From NCBI GenBank assembly GCA_000697335.1, contig JNEM01007401.1, forward strand, positions 1-57,407: a DNA stretch of 57,407 bases. The letters are read 5' to 3'. The notes under the pieces are model-generated. The model ran no database searches. It was not told the origin of the DNA and was given only the letters and a program-made list of their open reading frames with translations. The stretch comes from Conidiobolus incongruus B7586. Its lineage: Eukaryota. Positions 38,394 to 52,072 of this stretch are shown in pieces (the first letter of the stretch is position 1; the number at the start of each line of letters is the position of its first letter). Both the position numbers and the translations under genes were made by a program.

Positions 38394-39886
38394 TTATTTA
38401 GCTTCGAAAGCGGGTAATCCAGTAATAGCTCTACCGAGGATAAGGGCGTGGACATCGTGTGTACCTTCATAAGTATTTACGGATTCCAAGTTGAGGACGT
38501 GACGGATGATGTGGTATTCATCACTAATACCGTTACCACCGAGCATATCACGGCATTGACGAGCAATATCAAGGGCCTTACCACATGAGTTTCTCTTGAT
38601 GAGGGAGATCATTTCAGGAGCGAGTTTGCCTTGGTCCTTAAGGCGGGATACTTGGAGACAGGCTTGAAGACCGATAGCAATCTATGAATTGAGATAAATA
38701 TACTGGAGTAGTGAATATTTGGAAATCATAATTACCTCAGCGTTAGCATCAGCCATCTTCTTTTGAATTAATTGGAAACGAGCTAAAGGTACACCAAATT
38801 GTTTTCTATAAATTAAAATTAAAATCAAAAACTGAATAAACATTCAAATTGTATTACCTGTTGAGAGTATAGTCTCTAGCTTGAGCTAAACAAGCTTCAG
38901 CAGCACCGAGAGCACCCCAAGCAATACCCAATCTAGCGTTATTCAAACAGCTGAAAGGTCCCTTCAATCCAGAGATTTCAGGGAACATATTTTCTTCAGG
39001 GACGAATACGTCATCCATCAGAATCATACCGGTAATGGAAGAACGTAAAGAGAACTTGCCCTCGATGGCAGGGGCTGCTAATCCTTTCATACCCTTCTCG
39101 AGGATGAAACCCCTAATCTTACCCTCTTCGTTCTTGGCCCAGACGACGAATACGTCAGCAATGGGAGCGTTGGTGATCCATGTCTTGGAGCCATTGAGGA
39201 GATAACCACCGTCAACCTTCTTGGCACGAGTTTCCATGCTGGCGGGATCTGAGCCATGGTTGGGTTCAGTCAAACCAAAGCAACCAACCAGCTCACCTCT
39301 ACCGAGCTTAGGCAAGTACTTATCCTTTTGAGCTTCAGAGCCAAAAGCACTGATGGGGAACATAACAAGAGAAGATTGAACACTCATTGCAGAGCGGTAG
39401 CCACTGTCAACTCTTTCAACTTCCCTGGCAATCAAACCATAAGCGGTGGTAGAGACACCAGGAAGGCCATGAGTCTTAATGGTACAGCCTAAAAGACCCA
39501 ACTCACCCATTTCGCTCATGATTTCGCGATCAAAGGTCTCAGTGCGGAAAGCCTTGGTAACACGGGGCAATAATTTGGATTGACAGTAGTTATTAGCAGT
39601 ATCTCTCATCATTATTTCATCTTCTGTTAATTGAGATTCTAAATTTAAAGGATCTTGCCAGTCATATTTAACAAATCCTAAAATTGATCAAATCAGCTTA
39701 TTTAATTTAATATAATAACTTATTTATTATTACCTGAAGGTCCCTTTACAATGGCAGCAGCTTTTAAAAATTCAATATTAGTACTTTGAAATAATATCAT
39801 AAATTTATAGTAAACCTACCTGAAAAACTTCTCTGACTCCAACCTTTTAAAGTTTGACTAGATTTTAAAATATATTTCAAACTCAT
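38394..39886 (-). CDS. GCDH: Mitochondrial glutaryl-CoA dehydrogenase (multi-exon)
   Basis: [49 protein letters not shown] and [24 protein letters not shown]. Targeting-peptide-like first exon [22 protein letters not shown]. Confidence 0.96.
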
Positions 39887-40830
39887 ATTATTTTATAATC
39901 AATTAAACAGTTATTATAATAAAATAAACGTAATATTAAAGCTTGATACTGTGACTCGAATTCGTTATTTATATCGATTCAACTGTCTAAATTTAGGTGT
40001 ACGAATGTAAATTATTTTGGAATTGACATATACAAAAAATCGTGCGATTTTAATTAAGATTCTCAATATGATCAATTTGGTAATTCGTTGATTGGATGAT
40101 GAACACCTTCATGTCATATGATATTTCCATTTAGATTCTTTATATTTAATATTAATTGGATATTAATTGTTTATCCAATAAATAATATCAAAATATATCC
40201 GGTAAACTCCAGAATTTTATTAAAAATTTACGATTTATACAGATTTGCATAGTGTGGAAACTTGACATGACTGTGGATAATAGAAAAGAATTACCAAAAA
40301 TCAAATGATTTATAAATGAAAAATTTATCCAGAAAGCTATCATAAGAACACTATTTAACCAAATTTTAGTATGAAGTGGCTTAATAAAATATAATGTGGT
40401 TGAAGTACGACTATATTATTTATTAATTTTAGATATGATAACCTTAATATTTAATAGTTAAGAATAATTTAAAATTTATAAAATTTTATCTATCTCAAAA
40501 TGCTAGTTATCATCATACTATTATCTATGAGTAGAAATATCTCAAGAAAAATTAAACTATTTTAAAGAATTTAAAAAAGTGAAACTCATTGATTAAAAAT
40601 GTGATTAATTGGATTGAGAAATATTGCTTATAAAAAATAAAAAACATGTTTAATATTCAATCAAAAAAACTAGTGTGATATGTTAATCATTGTAAAAGAT
40701 TTGAATTGGTATTAATAATTTTTTCATACATTCTGTAATTAGTAATATTCAGTGTGTTGGAGTTTATCAGATAAATACTATAAAATAGATAAATTAACTT
40801 TGTTTTATTAACAATAAATAGATACAATAT

Positions 40831-42012
40831 TTAAAATTTAATATGTTTAGTACTGGATTGATCTTCAGCAGATTTCAATTCATTATATCGCTTATTATTA
40901 TTATTATTTCTTTTGGAAGAGCTATCAACCTTCATTGTATCCATTAAATCAGGTAAATACTTTTCATAAAATTGCGATTCTAAGTTATCTAAAACAATAT
41001 AAATAATCCAATCATTCAGTAGTATCACTTATAATTACCTTTTAATATATTACACTTAATAGGAATTAAGTGATTTTGAGTATCCAACTGACTGATTGGT
41101 GTAAATTCTGTATCACTACCATTCAATTGAACGAATTGATCCTTCTCAAAATATTGGGAAATTTGATTAATGCTCTGAATTGAGGTAAATCGAATATAAC
41201 ACTAAAGGAGCTATTTAGTTTTATTTGATGAATATTCGGTGTTGAATTTACTTGAGTGGTCTTTTTAGTATATATAATGTGACTGATTTCGCCAAATTGA
41301 GAGAATAAATTCTAATAATAAAACATGGTGATTAATATCGTAAGTATTGGATATATATAATAATAAATTACTTTTATAGTAGTTTTATTGGTAGATTGAT
41401 TAATCCCAATAATTGAACAGACTAAACCATGTATGAAATTTGATTCATTTTTGACTGGATTATCTCGGAGTTGTGCATAATGACTCTTAAGTGATAAATA
41501 TTCTTTCTGGAGTGAAAACCAATCTTTTCTAAAAAATATTTCATTTAATAAATATATATATTGAAGTAATTCATAATGATGCTATTATTTACAATGTCCA
41601 AACTTTCAAATGCTTAAACTTCTTATAATTAATATCCCTATCTTTGCACCAGTCTTCAAACTCTTTCAACACCTTGTCATTCCCCAACAAGCTCTCATAA
41701 TTTTGACACAATTTCAATCGTTTTAATTGATTAAAATAAATTAAACAATAATTAAATTGTAATTCAGTTGGAAACTGAATAAAACAGAAATTTAATAATT
41801 TGTCAAATTTTTCATTATATCCAATCTGTATTTGTTGAATGGGTCCGAATGGCTCGAACAGTTGAGTGATTTTGTCTTCGCTTAGTTGGGGCCTGGATAG
41901 GCCTTCCTAATGAATTGAAATTAGATTTGCTTGTTTAAATTAATGGAATAAAGACAAAATATATAAAAATTACAATATAAATTGAATTAGATTCTGAGAT
42001 TGTTATATTCAT
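40831..42012 (-). CDS. LARP7/Pof8/p65-like RNA-binding protein (RRM plus xRRM), about 296 aa; exons 42012-41974, 41906-41593, 41528-41372, 41311-41252, 41201-41039, 40988-40831
   Basis: Six exons with GT-AG introns sum to 891 nt in frame. RRM (SIYIEGL, LFEPFGPI, NFCFIQF). LKVWTLKDWFSLQKEYLSLK resembles the LARP7 post-RRM1 helix. xRRM-like GLVCSI...TIKNLF..FGEISHI...CYIRF...ESQFYEKY. C-terminal KHIKF. Confidence 0.82.
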
Positions 42013-42572
42013 AATTAATTATCAAATCATTAAGTTCTATCTATTTTGAATATGAAATATTGAGATTGAAACATTATTTCATGTCTATTTATATCCATTT
42101 CTAATTTTGGAATTTTATGGGACCAATGGCGATTGAAATATCCAAATAAAAACAAAATAAATTATAATATTAATTTGGAATATTGTTGATTGTTGAAATG
42201 AAACAATTAGAGAGATCAGAAAAATTATATATTATAGAAAATTTACTTCAAAAGTATGAAATATTGTATCAATAAAAATAATTAAATAAAATTATAACGA
42301 ATCAATATCAAATAGATCAGTTTGAAAAATAATAATAAGGCATCACAAAGATTGTTAACTAAATTATCAGGATATCAGATATGAAATAGTATAATTTAAA
42401 ATGGTTTGTGTTAGTATACAAAAATATATTAAAAAATATAATGAATTTAAAAATAACATATAATGTTTTAAAGAATATGATTGGGTATAGATATTGAAAG
42501 AGAAAAATTCAAATATAGGACAAAGGTAAAATCCTCTTGGATAATCAAATAGAGAGTTAATTCAAGAATTAA

Positions 42573-42644
42573 AACAGCATAGCGCAGTGGAAGCGCGCGG
42601 GACTCATAACCCCGAGGTCGGTGGATTGAAATTTCTTGCTACTA
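42573..42644 (+). pseudogene. Mutated initiator tRNA-Met copy
   Basis: Ungapped alignment to 37950-38021 with 10 substitutions, affecting the acceptor, anticodon and T stems and C56 of the B box. Confidence 0.92.
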
Positions 42645-43610
42645 ATTCTCAAACTCCTTCAAACCTTTTTTAAATAATCCTATTTTTTATTATTTCTATT
42701 TAATATATATTAATTTCAATAACTTTTTCAAAACTCAACAATATTTTTATTGTATTTAAGTTTGTGTTGAATACATAACTCCATATCGCAATTGTCCTAA
42801 TTAAATTAATTATTTCGAAGTATAATATATATTGGTTTAATGTTAAATTACTATCGTTAACAAGATTTAATCGAATCAATTATTTGATAATGTAAACTAA
42901 CAGTGATTTAGTCATCAATTCACTGAACTCAATAATTTAAGCAAATTTATTAAAAAACAATGAAATAATTTAAATTTTTAAATATTATAAATTATTGAAT
43001 TATGTTTAATATTAAATCAATTTTGCTTGACTTATTGTTAAAAATATAGGGAATGTTGGTTGTTTGAAAAAATTTCTAATATTGACAAAAATGGGAAATT
43101 TGGCAAAAAATTCTCGAGAATATTAAACATAAAGAAATATAATAATTCTACAATGTTAATTTAAAGGTAAGCATTAAATTATAGTAATCATAATGGTTAC
43201 CAAGTAAGTGTATATTTTGAACAATCCAAAATCAATACTAAATGCATTGTGATTTTCAAAAAAAGAAATTTGGAAGCCAAAACATTTATATCTAATCATA
43301 TTTTTTAATATAAAATTTAATACTCGATGAAATGATTACAAAGGGATAGTTGAATAATTTAAAAAGTAGCTTGATCGATTAAAGTTTTCAACTAAACCCT
43401 ATCTTGAATATTTTTTTAAATCCAATAAATAACTCGTACACTTTATATACTTCATTTGCTCTTAACATTATCAAATACAAATATTAATGAATTTAAAAAT
43501 TCCCATAATTTCAACTCTTACCAATCTTCATTAAATTCGAATCTTCATATATTAAACAAAATATTAAAATTTTACTTATTAATTACTAATCGATTTAATA
43601 CCTCTTAAAA

Positions 43611-43934
43611 ATGGGCAGATCTTCCAAAAATTTCAAAAGACCAACACGCAAAGAAAAAGAACAGATCAAATTGAAGAAATCATTTAAAAGTGATACAAAT
43701 ACCGATAATGACGATTTAAAAATCAGAAATAAGACAATAGTCAAAACTGACACTAAAGATAAAGTCGATAAAGATAAACTCAAACAATTGGCTGAAAAGT
43801 TGGCTACCACCCCAAAAGTAAAAAGTTTACACGAGGAACATCAAGAACAACCAAAGGAGGAAGAGAAACCCAAGAAGGATTATGTCGATTTAATGTTTGG
43901 TAAAAAGACTTATAAGCCACTATTCACCAAATAA
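43611..43934 (+). CDS. Small Lys-rich uncharacterised protein (107 aa)
   Basis: ATG in aaaATG context, coding-like composition, basic N-terminus MGRSSKNFKRPTRKEK and C-terminal KKDYVDLMFGKK. Confidence 0.75.
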   Translation: MGRSSKNFKRPTRKEKEQIKLKKSFKSDTNTDNDDLKIRNKTIVKTDTKDKVDKDKLKQLAEKLATTPKVKSLHEEHQEQPKEEEKPKKDYVDLMFGKKTYKPLFTK

Positions 43935-44266
43935 TTTTGAGGGAAAAGAATATTTAATAGAGAATTAATATAGAATCTAATTTCTTGGAAATGTATAATA
44001 AAATTTTTTTAATTTAATATTTAAGGGTATTTTTATGGATTTTGATATATTGTTGAAATTGAATAATAATCAATAAAAAACTAAATGAAACTATCTACTA
44101 TAGAATACAATTAAACAACTACAAAATATTCTATATAATTAATATCCAAACCCAAAATTCATATTTCAAAGCAAGTCAGAATGCAAAATATAAATTGAAT
44201 AATATAATTTAATATTAAATCAACAAAATTTTAATTATTTTGGTAACGATAATTAATTAACCATGC

Positions 44267-47200
44267 CTACAACTCTTCATCCTCAGCCGATTGATCTTCG
44301 TCTGACTTAGGTGACTTAGCGGATTGATCATCGCTAATGTCTTGGTCATTCTCGTCAAGGGCACGAACTTCTTCGTCCAAAATCTGCCATTCAGGGAGGA
44401 TACGACGGGCACGATCGAGCTTGGGTTCTTTAGTCTCAGGATTATTGCACAGATCGATGGTCTTGGCAGTCTTGAGACTGGCATCGTCACACCAGGTTTC
44501 ACACCAGAGCCAATCTTGAGGGAGGCTGAAGATGGGAAGCTCGTGCTGGAGGTGATTGGGCAAATCCTGGTCTAGGTTAGCAAGCGAGTTTGGATCTTGT
44601 GAAAGCATCTGGTACTGGTGACGAAGGATATCACCAGCAGCTTGAGAGCGGAAACGCTTGAGATCGACGACATACAACGCCGAGATATGGTAGGGTTTGC
44701 CAGCAAGGTGTTGCTTCCAGTAACCTTGCTCCCAGAAGCGATATCCCTTCATCGATTCGCGACTCGTGCAGAAGGGTACATAACCATAGGGTTTTCCTTC
44801 GAGGTCCATATCTACCAATTCACCAAGGTCAGCTCTGACAGATTGGTCAGCATCAACGAAGATGACCTTGTCCAAATCAAGAGGGAAAAGCACATCAAGG
44901 AAAAGGATCTTGTATCCCCAGATAATGCGCTGCTTTTCGGATGGTAAATTAAGCCAGTGGGGCCATTGATAAGTGACCATTTGGTAGGTGAAATTGTAGC
45001 GTTGACTCAATTTGGGAATGAATTTCTAAAATATTAATTAATATATCGACTGAATAGTTGGTTTAGATGTAATTACTTTAAATGATGGAGATAAGAAGTT
45101 TTCAATAAACCAAAATTTAACCTTGCGATCGGTATTCTTCATAACACTAGCGACCATGACGGATAAGAAGCGTTCATAAAGATGTCCCGAAGCAACTGTA
45201 AATACGTTGATATCGCCGTGGGGATTGGGTGTAGTTGAGGCAGGTTTTGAAGTCTTTGAGCTAATCAAATAATATATATGAGTCAATAATTATATATGTG
45301 ATTATATATATTACCTTCCAAACAAATTATTCCAGAAACTACCCTTCTTAGGATTCTCTTCATCTTCACCATCATCTAATAAATTGACATCCTCCATACC
45401 TTTCTTCTTCTTGACTTTGGGGAAGAGGGTAATGCCACTCAAGCTATCTAAAACGAGGGTGCGACGCTCATCGACATACTTACCGCTCTTAGCGTGACCT
45501 TGGTCACCGATATTGACAATTTCATAAACTTGATCACTCTTGCCGGGGCGGATGCGCATTTCCCAAACGCCTGGATTAGCCTTGAACTGGAAGTAGCCCA
45601 AATTGGCCATTACGATAGTGTCGACGATGTTGGGATTGTGCTTGTTGCCAAGATTGAATTCAAGACCGCGGGGTGGTCGGCGATCCATATCGGTACAGTG
45701 ACCTTCAATCAAGAGGTGCTTCAATTCAAATTCGGGATGCGTGCCAGAGGATGGGAGTGAAGAAAGTTTGAGATTATCCAAATCATGAGGTGAATCCGAT
45801 GCAGAAACTACCCAAGAAGTAACTGTATCCAAGCCCAAAGTCAACAAAGCAGTTTGAGGCAAATCAGAAAATTCAATTTTTGGAGATTTCAAATGTCTAA
45901 AAAAACAATTTAGATTTAAGTTGAAATAAATGAAGAATGGGGTTACCCGTTTTTATCGAATTGGAGCTGAGTTGGCAATAAAAATCTATAAAATCTATTC
46001 AAATGAGTTTTCTTGAACTCACTAACACCCGAATTAGGTGACAAAAATCCTTTTAATTGAACTCCCTTGAAATGTTGAATCGTCTAAAAATTAATTAACA
46101 TCAAGTTTGATTACGACATAATTAACTGTAAAATTTACACTCAAAATGGAAGACCATTTAGCAGCATTTTCACCCAAAGGATCCAAAATAAATTCAATAT
46201 TGGCCCATATGGGATCATTAGTTTGATTTTCAACCAATTTCAACTGACATTCGGGTCTATTAATATCTGGTAATGTACCTCTCTCTCCGTTGAATTTACC
46301 AAATCTAACTAAACTTTGGTGGGTATTTTGATTGTAATCTAAAATGGATTGAATTTGAATCAGGATATTGGCCTGATTCACTCTAAGCAAAATTAATGAA
46401 ATCAACTCAAATATTGAATGAAGTGATAATTACTTGTTCAAATTTTTGAAATTTTCCAAATTGGAACTGATTCTCTTTACCAGTTCGGCCTGATACTTCA
46501 CTCTGTAATAATCCACCAAAGATTTAAAGTGAATGAACTGGAACTCGTGAGGTGAAATCTTCAAAAGCTTCGTACCCATAATTACTTGAATATCATTGTG
46601 GTTGTTGAGATCCAAATCGGCTATTGCTTTGAAATTGTTGTGAGCTAATTTGAAATAATCTTGAATTTCGGATTTGGAGGGCAATTTGTTGAATTTGAAC
46701 TTTTGTAAAGCTTCAACAGATGTAGGTAAATCTTGCAATTGATCAGAATTTGAGAGTAAATTGTAAATCAATTTGGAGGATTCGGATTGCAAGTTGGTCG
46801 GGACAAAACTGAGTCGAACGTTGGGGTTGGATTTCTAATAAATTATATTAGCAAATAAAAGTTGTAACAAATGAACTGAACGTTACCAAATAATCAATAG
46901 CATTGGCCAATAATTTTAACTTGTCGTTCTCAAAATTTCCAACGATCCAAACAGTAGTCAATGGATCCTCGGAAATTTCAGACTGAATGAACTTGAAATC
47001 ATCTAAAGGATTGGGATCATAGGTGGACTGGGTCCAATGAATCATATCCAAATTCTCAAATTTGTCTTCACTTAAAAGAGGATTATAGCTAGTCAACACT
47101 ACAGATTGATCCAACCAGTAATTATAAATGTTGGTATCAGAATCGATATCACCATTGGAAGCCTAAAAACTAATCAATAAATGGAATAATGTATATTGAA

Positions 47201-49546
47201 TGAAATGTTACCCATTCCAACATAATAGGAATTTGTTCGAATAAATTTTGAATTAAAGGTTTTTGGAAACTCTGTTTTTTCATTAATATAACTGTGGTTG
47301 TAATAAGTGTTTAACTTACTCCTTCATAGCTGACTCGTTTACCGTTAATAAACAATAAATCTTCATCAGTTGATAATTGTAATCTCTCTGAGTACTTGAC
47401 AGTTGGATCAATGTACTGAGAATGTTCAATTGATAAAATATCATTAAAGTCGAGTTCCAAATCGGAATGACTCTTCTTCAATTTGGAATAATGTTTCTTA
47501 AACGCATCGACGACCGTAATATCTTGATCAGTTACAGTTTCAAGAACCTAGTTGAAGTATTGGTAAAATTACAATAATAGATAGGGAATATAAGCTTACA
47601 TTTTTTAAATATTGTTTCAAATCGTCTCTGGTCAAATGATTGAATAAATAATGTACTAAATTGGCAACTTCTAAAATCAATAACTATGAATATATCAATA
47701 CTGTTATAACCAATTAACAATCAATTACTTTTGCTATCTTGATCACTATCTAACAAAGTAACGAAACCAAATCTGATAGGAACTGGATTCGAACTAAATT
47801 CGATTAACTTTTTAACCAAAGTATTCAAACCTTTGATATCGTTCAAATTTAAAGGGAAGATTGCATTCGCAAAATTTTTTCTAGTTTGGGGCAAGTATCC
47901 GTACATATAAGTGTTTAACTAGATTAATTTTGTGTTTAAATACTGCAAAAATATAACAAATAAAGTGATTTACGCTGGATAAGTGGGAAGACCAATCTTC
48001 ATAAGTATCATCCTTCTCGATATCGTTAAGCCAAATTACCACTTCGGAATTTTCACCGTCAAACTTGTCGCGGACGTCAAATATATTCTCCCAGGTGGAT
48101 TTCGATTCGTTAGTAGCTTCTTCACTAGACTCAGAGCTTCCAAGTAATAACTTCAAAGCTTCTGCATTGGATATGTTCAACCTGTTGAACAGTTTAAAGG
48201 TGTCGAATTCCAAATTCAAAAATTTGAAAAGGTTAAAAATGTCGAGCTGGGATAAATCGATGTCGATACCATTAATCAAGATTTGATCCTGAATAGGTTG
48301 CTGGAAGAAGAAGTTTCTCCCAAGGGTAATCCCATCACAATGCTCATCTTTCAAAGTGGCATTGACGACGGTGTCAGCGTGGTGAGGCAAATTCTGCAAC
48401 AAATACACCCAAGTATTGAGTGGCGAATCGGATTCTTGAATCAGTTGAGTGAATTTTTGGTTGAATTTTTCTAAATCGTTATCCTCATAATTCTTAATGG
48501 GCTGAATTTGTGATCGATAGCGTTTTAAATCTTCATTCCAAATATTTCGATACTCCACGGGGATTTCATTAAATTTATCTCTTTGATCAGACTTTTTAGT
48601 ATCTAATAAACATATCAGATTGAGAGTTATTTACAATAAATTAACTGAATTACCTTTTGAACTCTGTTTCTGGTAACGATCGTCCTGAACTTTATATTCA
48701 GTACTCTTTAAATCAAGATAGACGCCATACCCAGATAATTCGACTTTGTCACGGGTTGACTGATCTTCGAAAGATCGCTGATATCTCAAAGCGAAACTGA
48801 GATGAGGCTGAGAGTTGACGAAATCGACCAATTCAGTATAGAATTTGAGTGATTCAGAGTCGAAATTAGTGTAGTAAAGAGCTGTTAATTGCCTAGAATT
48901 GGATTCTTTGGTGGGATAGACGATATCAAAAGGAAGTAATTCATCGCTCCTAAAATTCAAATCTATTACCAATTTTAAATCAATGAATCAATATAAAATA
49001 CTTACTTCAAACTACCCAAATCGTTAGAATCCAACCAACTCTTAAAATCATACAGCTTGCAAAACTGTTTACGACCCAACTGGATCCAATTATTACAATT
49101 TTCAAAATCTTCAACGTCAGGTTTGACATAATTATCGAAATAATTTATTTTAGTCTCAATCTTAGAACTTGATAACTTCAAACTTAAACCCAGATTAATT
49201 AATTCCCAATTTTTGCCACTTAGAGACTTCTGCAACCTTTTAATACTGGTTTTGTAACTCTTTTCACTATTCGCATCACCCTTCGTCTCGGTAATAATAT
49301 TATTGAATATGAGTTCTAAATTTTTGTAATATTGGTTGGTATCTTCAGAGCTTAATAATTCTCTAAATAAAATGTTAATATGACGTCACATAAAATTTCA
49401 ATTAACTTTTACAATAGTTCTAAACTTAAAGAATTTTGATACCAATTCGTCTTTATTTTTAAACTAACTTGACTTTCTTCATCTTGAGTTAAACCTAGTA
49501 TTGGTGAAGTTGATAAAATCAAGTGAATTAAAGTATTCAACTTCAT
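44267..49546 (-). CDS. UGGT: UDP-glucose:glycoprotein glucosyltransferase (GT24), about 14 exons
   Basis: Signal peptide at 49546; [95 protein letters not shown] and WLWCETWC. Ends in DEEL. Confidence 0.97.
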
Positions 49547-50110
49547 TTTCGAAATTAATATGAAATATTAATTATATTTGTTATAAATAATATTTTTATG
49601 AATTGAATATTGATATAATTTTTTTACTATACTATGGATATGTTTATAATATTTGATTTATATTAAAATTGTTTTGTTAACAAAATGATAACAAAGAAAC
49701 AATAGCAAAGATTGACTCTGATTAAATATTAAATTGAATATAATTTATTAAATTTAATTTAATCTAAATTTTAACCAATAAAAAGAATCAATGTCACAAT
49801 GTATTTTATTGAGAAATAAAAAACTAATTAATAGTGATTATTTATTAATAATGAAAAAATTATAGTAAAAAATATTAATAAATCTAATAATACAAATTTT
49901 TAATGAATAGTTGCATCTTGAGGATTGATTAGAGTTAGTATTGGAGAAAATTTGGTATTAGGATGGATTCATTAAACTATTGAGTTCATAGAGTTCTTTG
50001 TAATTGATGGAAAACTAACGAATCAACCAAATTGGATAGTGCAGATTCTTTTGTGAATTTGAAGGTTTAACATTTAAAAATTACTATCGAAATTTTGACC
50101 AATATTCAAT

Positions 50111-52072
50111 CTAGGATGAAAAACGCTTCAATCTTAGAGAATCTAACTGGGTTGGCGGAAGTCCCCAGGTATTTTCCATAGCTTGGTCGAGACCGTCTAA
50201 ATGTAAAAGGTTGGGCAAGCTCTTCAGACAGCTGTAGCACCCGGTGCAGTTCTTGAAGCTAAGGAGGTCCGATTCGCCCAGTTTCAGAAGTTGGAGACTG
50301 ATGCGGAATAGAACAACCTCGCCCTCAAGCATGAAGTTGTCCCAGATCCGGTTCAGGATTCTGGATGTGAAACAATCCGTAAATAAACTGAGGAACCAGT
50401 TGAAGGTGATCGCCCCAAGATCGACGCCCAGGCTGGTCAAATGCCTGTGGAGCTTAGGCAGATGGAGTTCAACGAGATCGCTAAGGATCATTTGGTCCTC
50501 CTGGCTGGATGAAAACTGCTCAGTGAAGTAATCTTTGGGAAGGATTCTTTCTATCATACTTGCAAATGTCCAGAATACGATTTCTTCGTCAAAATCCATA
50601 TTGATTAAAAGATGGGCACAGATCATGTTGAATCCTTGGCAATATCCCACTGAAGGATTATGCAAACTGTAAGCAATTAAAATGCGCCGAAGCTTGTGAA
50701 TCGAGTTAGGACTCTGAGTGAAATAGGTGTTCTGAGGCATCGTACGACAGAGGTCGAGCTCGATCTGCTTAACGAATGGTAATTCTTGATCAGTTGCGCT
50801 AGCTGCATGGATCAACAGTCCGCGGTAGTATCCTATCTCTTTCATCAGGGCGCCTCCACTAATTTCAAACCATATTTTACTTCTGAATTTGTCTGGAATG
50901 CCCAACTTCACCAAACGTACCAATTCTTCGAAATCTTTAGGACTCAGTTTGTTTACCTGAAGCCGGTCCATGACCAAAATCTGCTGAGAATTATATTTTG
51001 AGCAATGGCTTTTGATAAACCTCTCCCAATCCTGTTCAACGAGCTTTTGATGACGCAACTGAGCGTCCTGATGATCAATAATCAAATTCAAAACTTCGCT
51101 GACATTCATCTGATTGTCGCAGAGTGGTATTGGATTGCGAGTAGTTGTCAAAGTACTCAGCATGAGGGAAGGGGTTGCAGGGATGTTGAACTCTTTAGAA
51201 ATTTCCGAACTGGTATGACTACCGGGTGAATTGTCCGGCGTGTTGTCAGAGAAATTAATGGAAAAATTGTCATCTTGATCAGACCACGTTTTCAGGAGGG
51301 TATGGTCCTTTTTAGAAAGGGGCTTCAGCTCCACCAAGTCCTCAAACGATTCAAGTTTATTTTCTTCCTCAATTTTGGGTGATAGCATTTCGCTCACTAC
51401 CATAGGATCCACCTCCTCGGATAGTTCTCCAAGATGCATCTTAGGGAATTTAGGAGGTGTTAGCTCTAATGGTAGCTCGGGCTCTTCGGTATTAACCCTT
51501 TTTATTAGTCCGAGGGTCCACCTACAAATTCTTTGGGAAGCTCTACTAGAATTTAGTTGGTTGGATATCCTATTTGGATTCCTTAATAATTCTGAAGCAA
51601 GCGAAATAGCCTGAAAGTGGAGGGGTTGAGGTATGGGCTGAGGAATAGATGATAATCTCCTCGGTTTGTAGGGTTCAAAGAGGTTTGGGCTGGGTGACGG
51701 CTGTAAAGATGATGACCTTTTCTTAGTCCCTATAAAGGAATGAGGACGAGATATTGGTGGTGGAGAGTTGAAAGGCATACGATGACCCCAACCACCTTGT
51801 GAATAAGCTTTAGTCTGATGTATTTCCATAGACAAGTGTTTTAATTTTGCTGCCAATTGACCAAATGTACAATTTGCAATTAACTCTTCTAACAGGGCAT
51901 CTTGTAAAAAATGCACTGGGGGTACGCCATTATGATTGTCTGAAATGAGCCATTGCTGAGTTTTTTTATACAAGTTGGGCGAATTTGGGGAAAATGGCGG
52001 AGATTGGCTGGGAGAGGATGGCTCCCAGCACTCCGATAAAGGGTGGTTCGTTACTACTACTCCGGAAGACAT
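50111..52072 (-). CDS. TBC-domain Rab GTPase-activating protein
   Basis: GIP..FR.KIW, IELDLCRT (IxxDxxR), GYCQGFN (YxQ), WFLSLF and RIWD in the C-terminal half. Low-complexity N-terminus; intronless. Confidence 0.93.
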   Translation of the reverse strand: MSSGVVVTNHPLSECWEPSSPSQSPPFSPNSPNLYKKTQQWLISDNHNGVPPVHFLQDALLEELIANCTFGQLAAKLKHLSMEIHQTKAYSQGGWGHRMPFNSPPPISRPHSFIGTKKRSSSLQPSPSPNLFEPYKPRRLSSIPQPIPQPLHFQAISLASELLRNPNRISNQLNSSRASQRICRWTLGLIKRVNTEEPELPLELTPPKFPKMHLGELSEEVDPMVVSEMLSPKIEEENKLESFEDLVELKPLSKKDHTLLKTWSDQDDNFSINFSDNTPDNSPGSHTSSEISKEFNIPATPSLMLSTLTTTRNPIPLCDNQMNVSEVLNLIIDHQDAQLRHQKLVEQDWERFIKSHCSKYNSQQILVMDRLQVNKLSPKDFEELVRLVKLGIPDKFRSKIWFEISGGALMKEIGYYRGLLIHAASATDQELPFVKQIELDLCRTMPQNTYFTQSPNSIHKLRRILIAYSLHNPSVGYCQGFNMICAHLLINMDFDEEIVFWTFASMIERILPKDYFTEQFSSSQEDQMILSDLVELHLPKLHRHLTSLGVDLGAITFNWFLSLFTDCFTSRILNRIWDNFMLEGEVVLFRISLQLLKLGESDLLSFKNCTGCYSCLKSLPNLLHLDGLDQAMENTWGLPPTQLDSLRLKRFSS

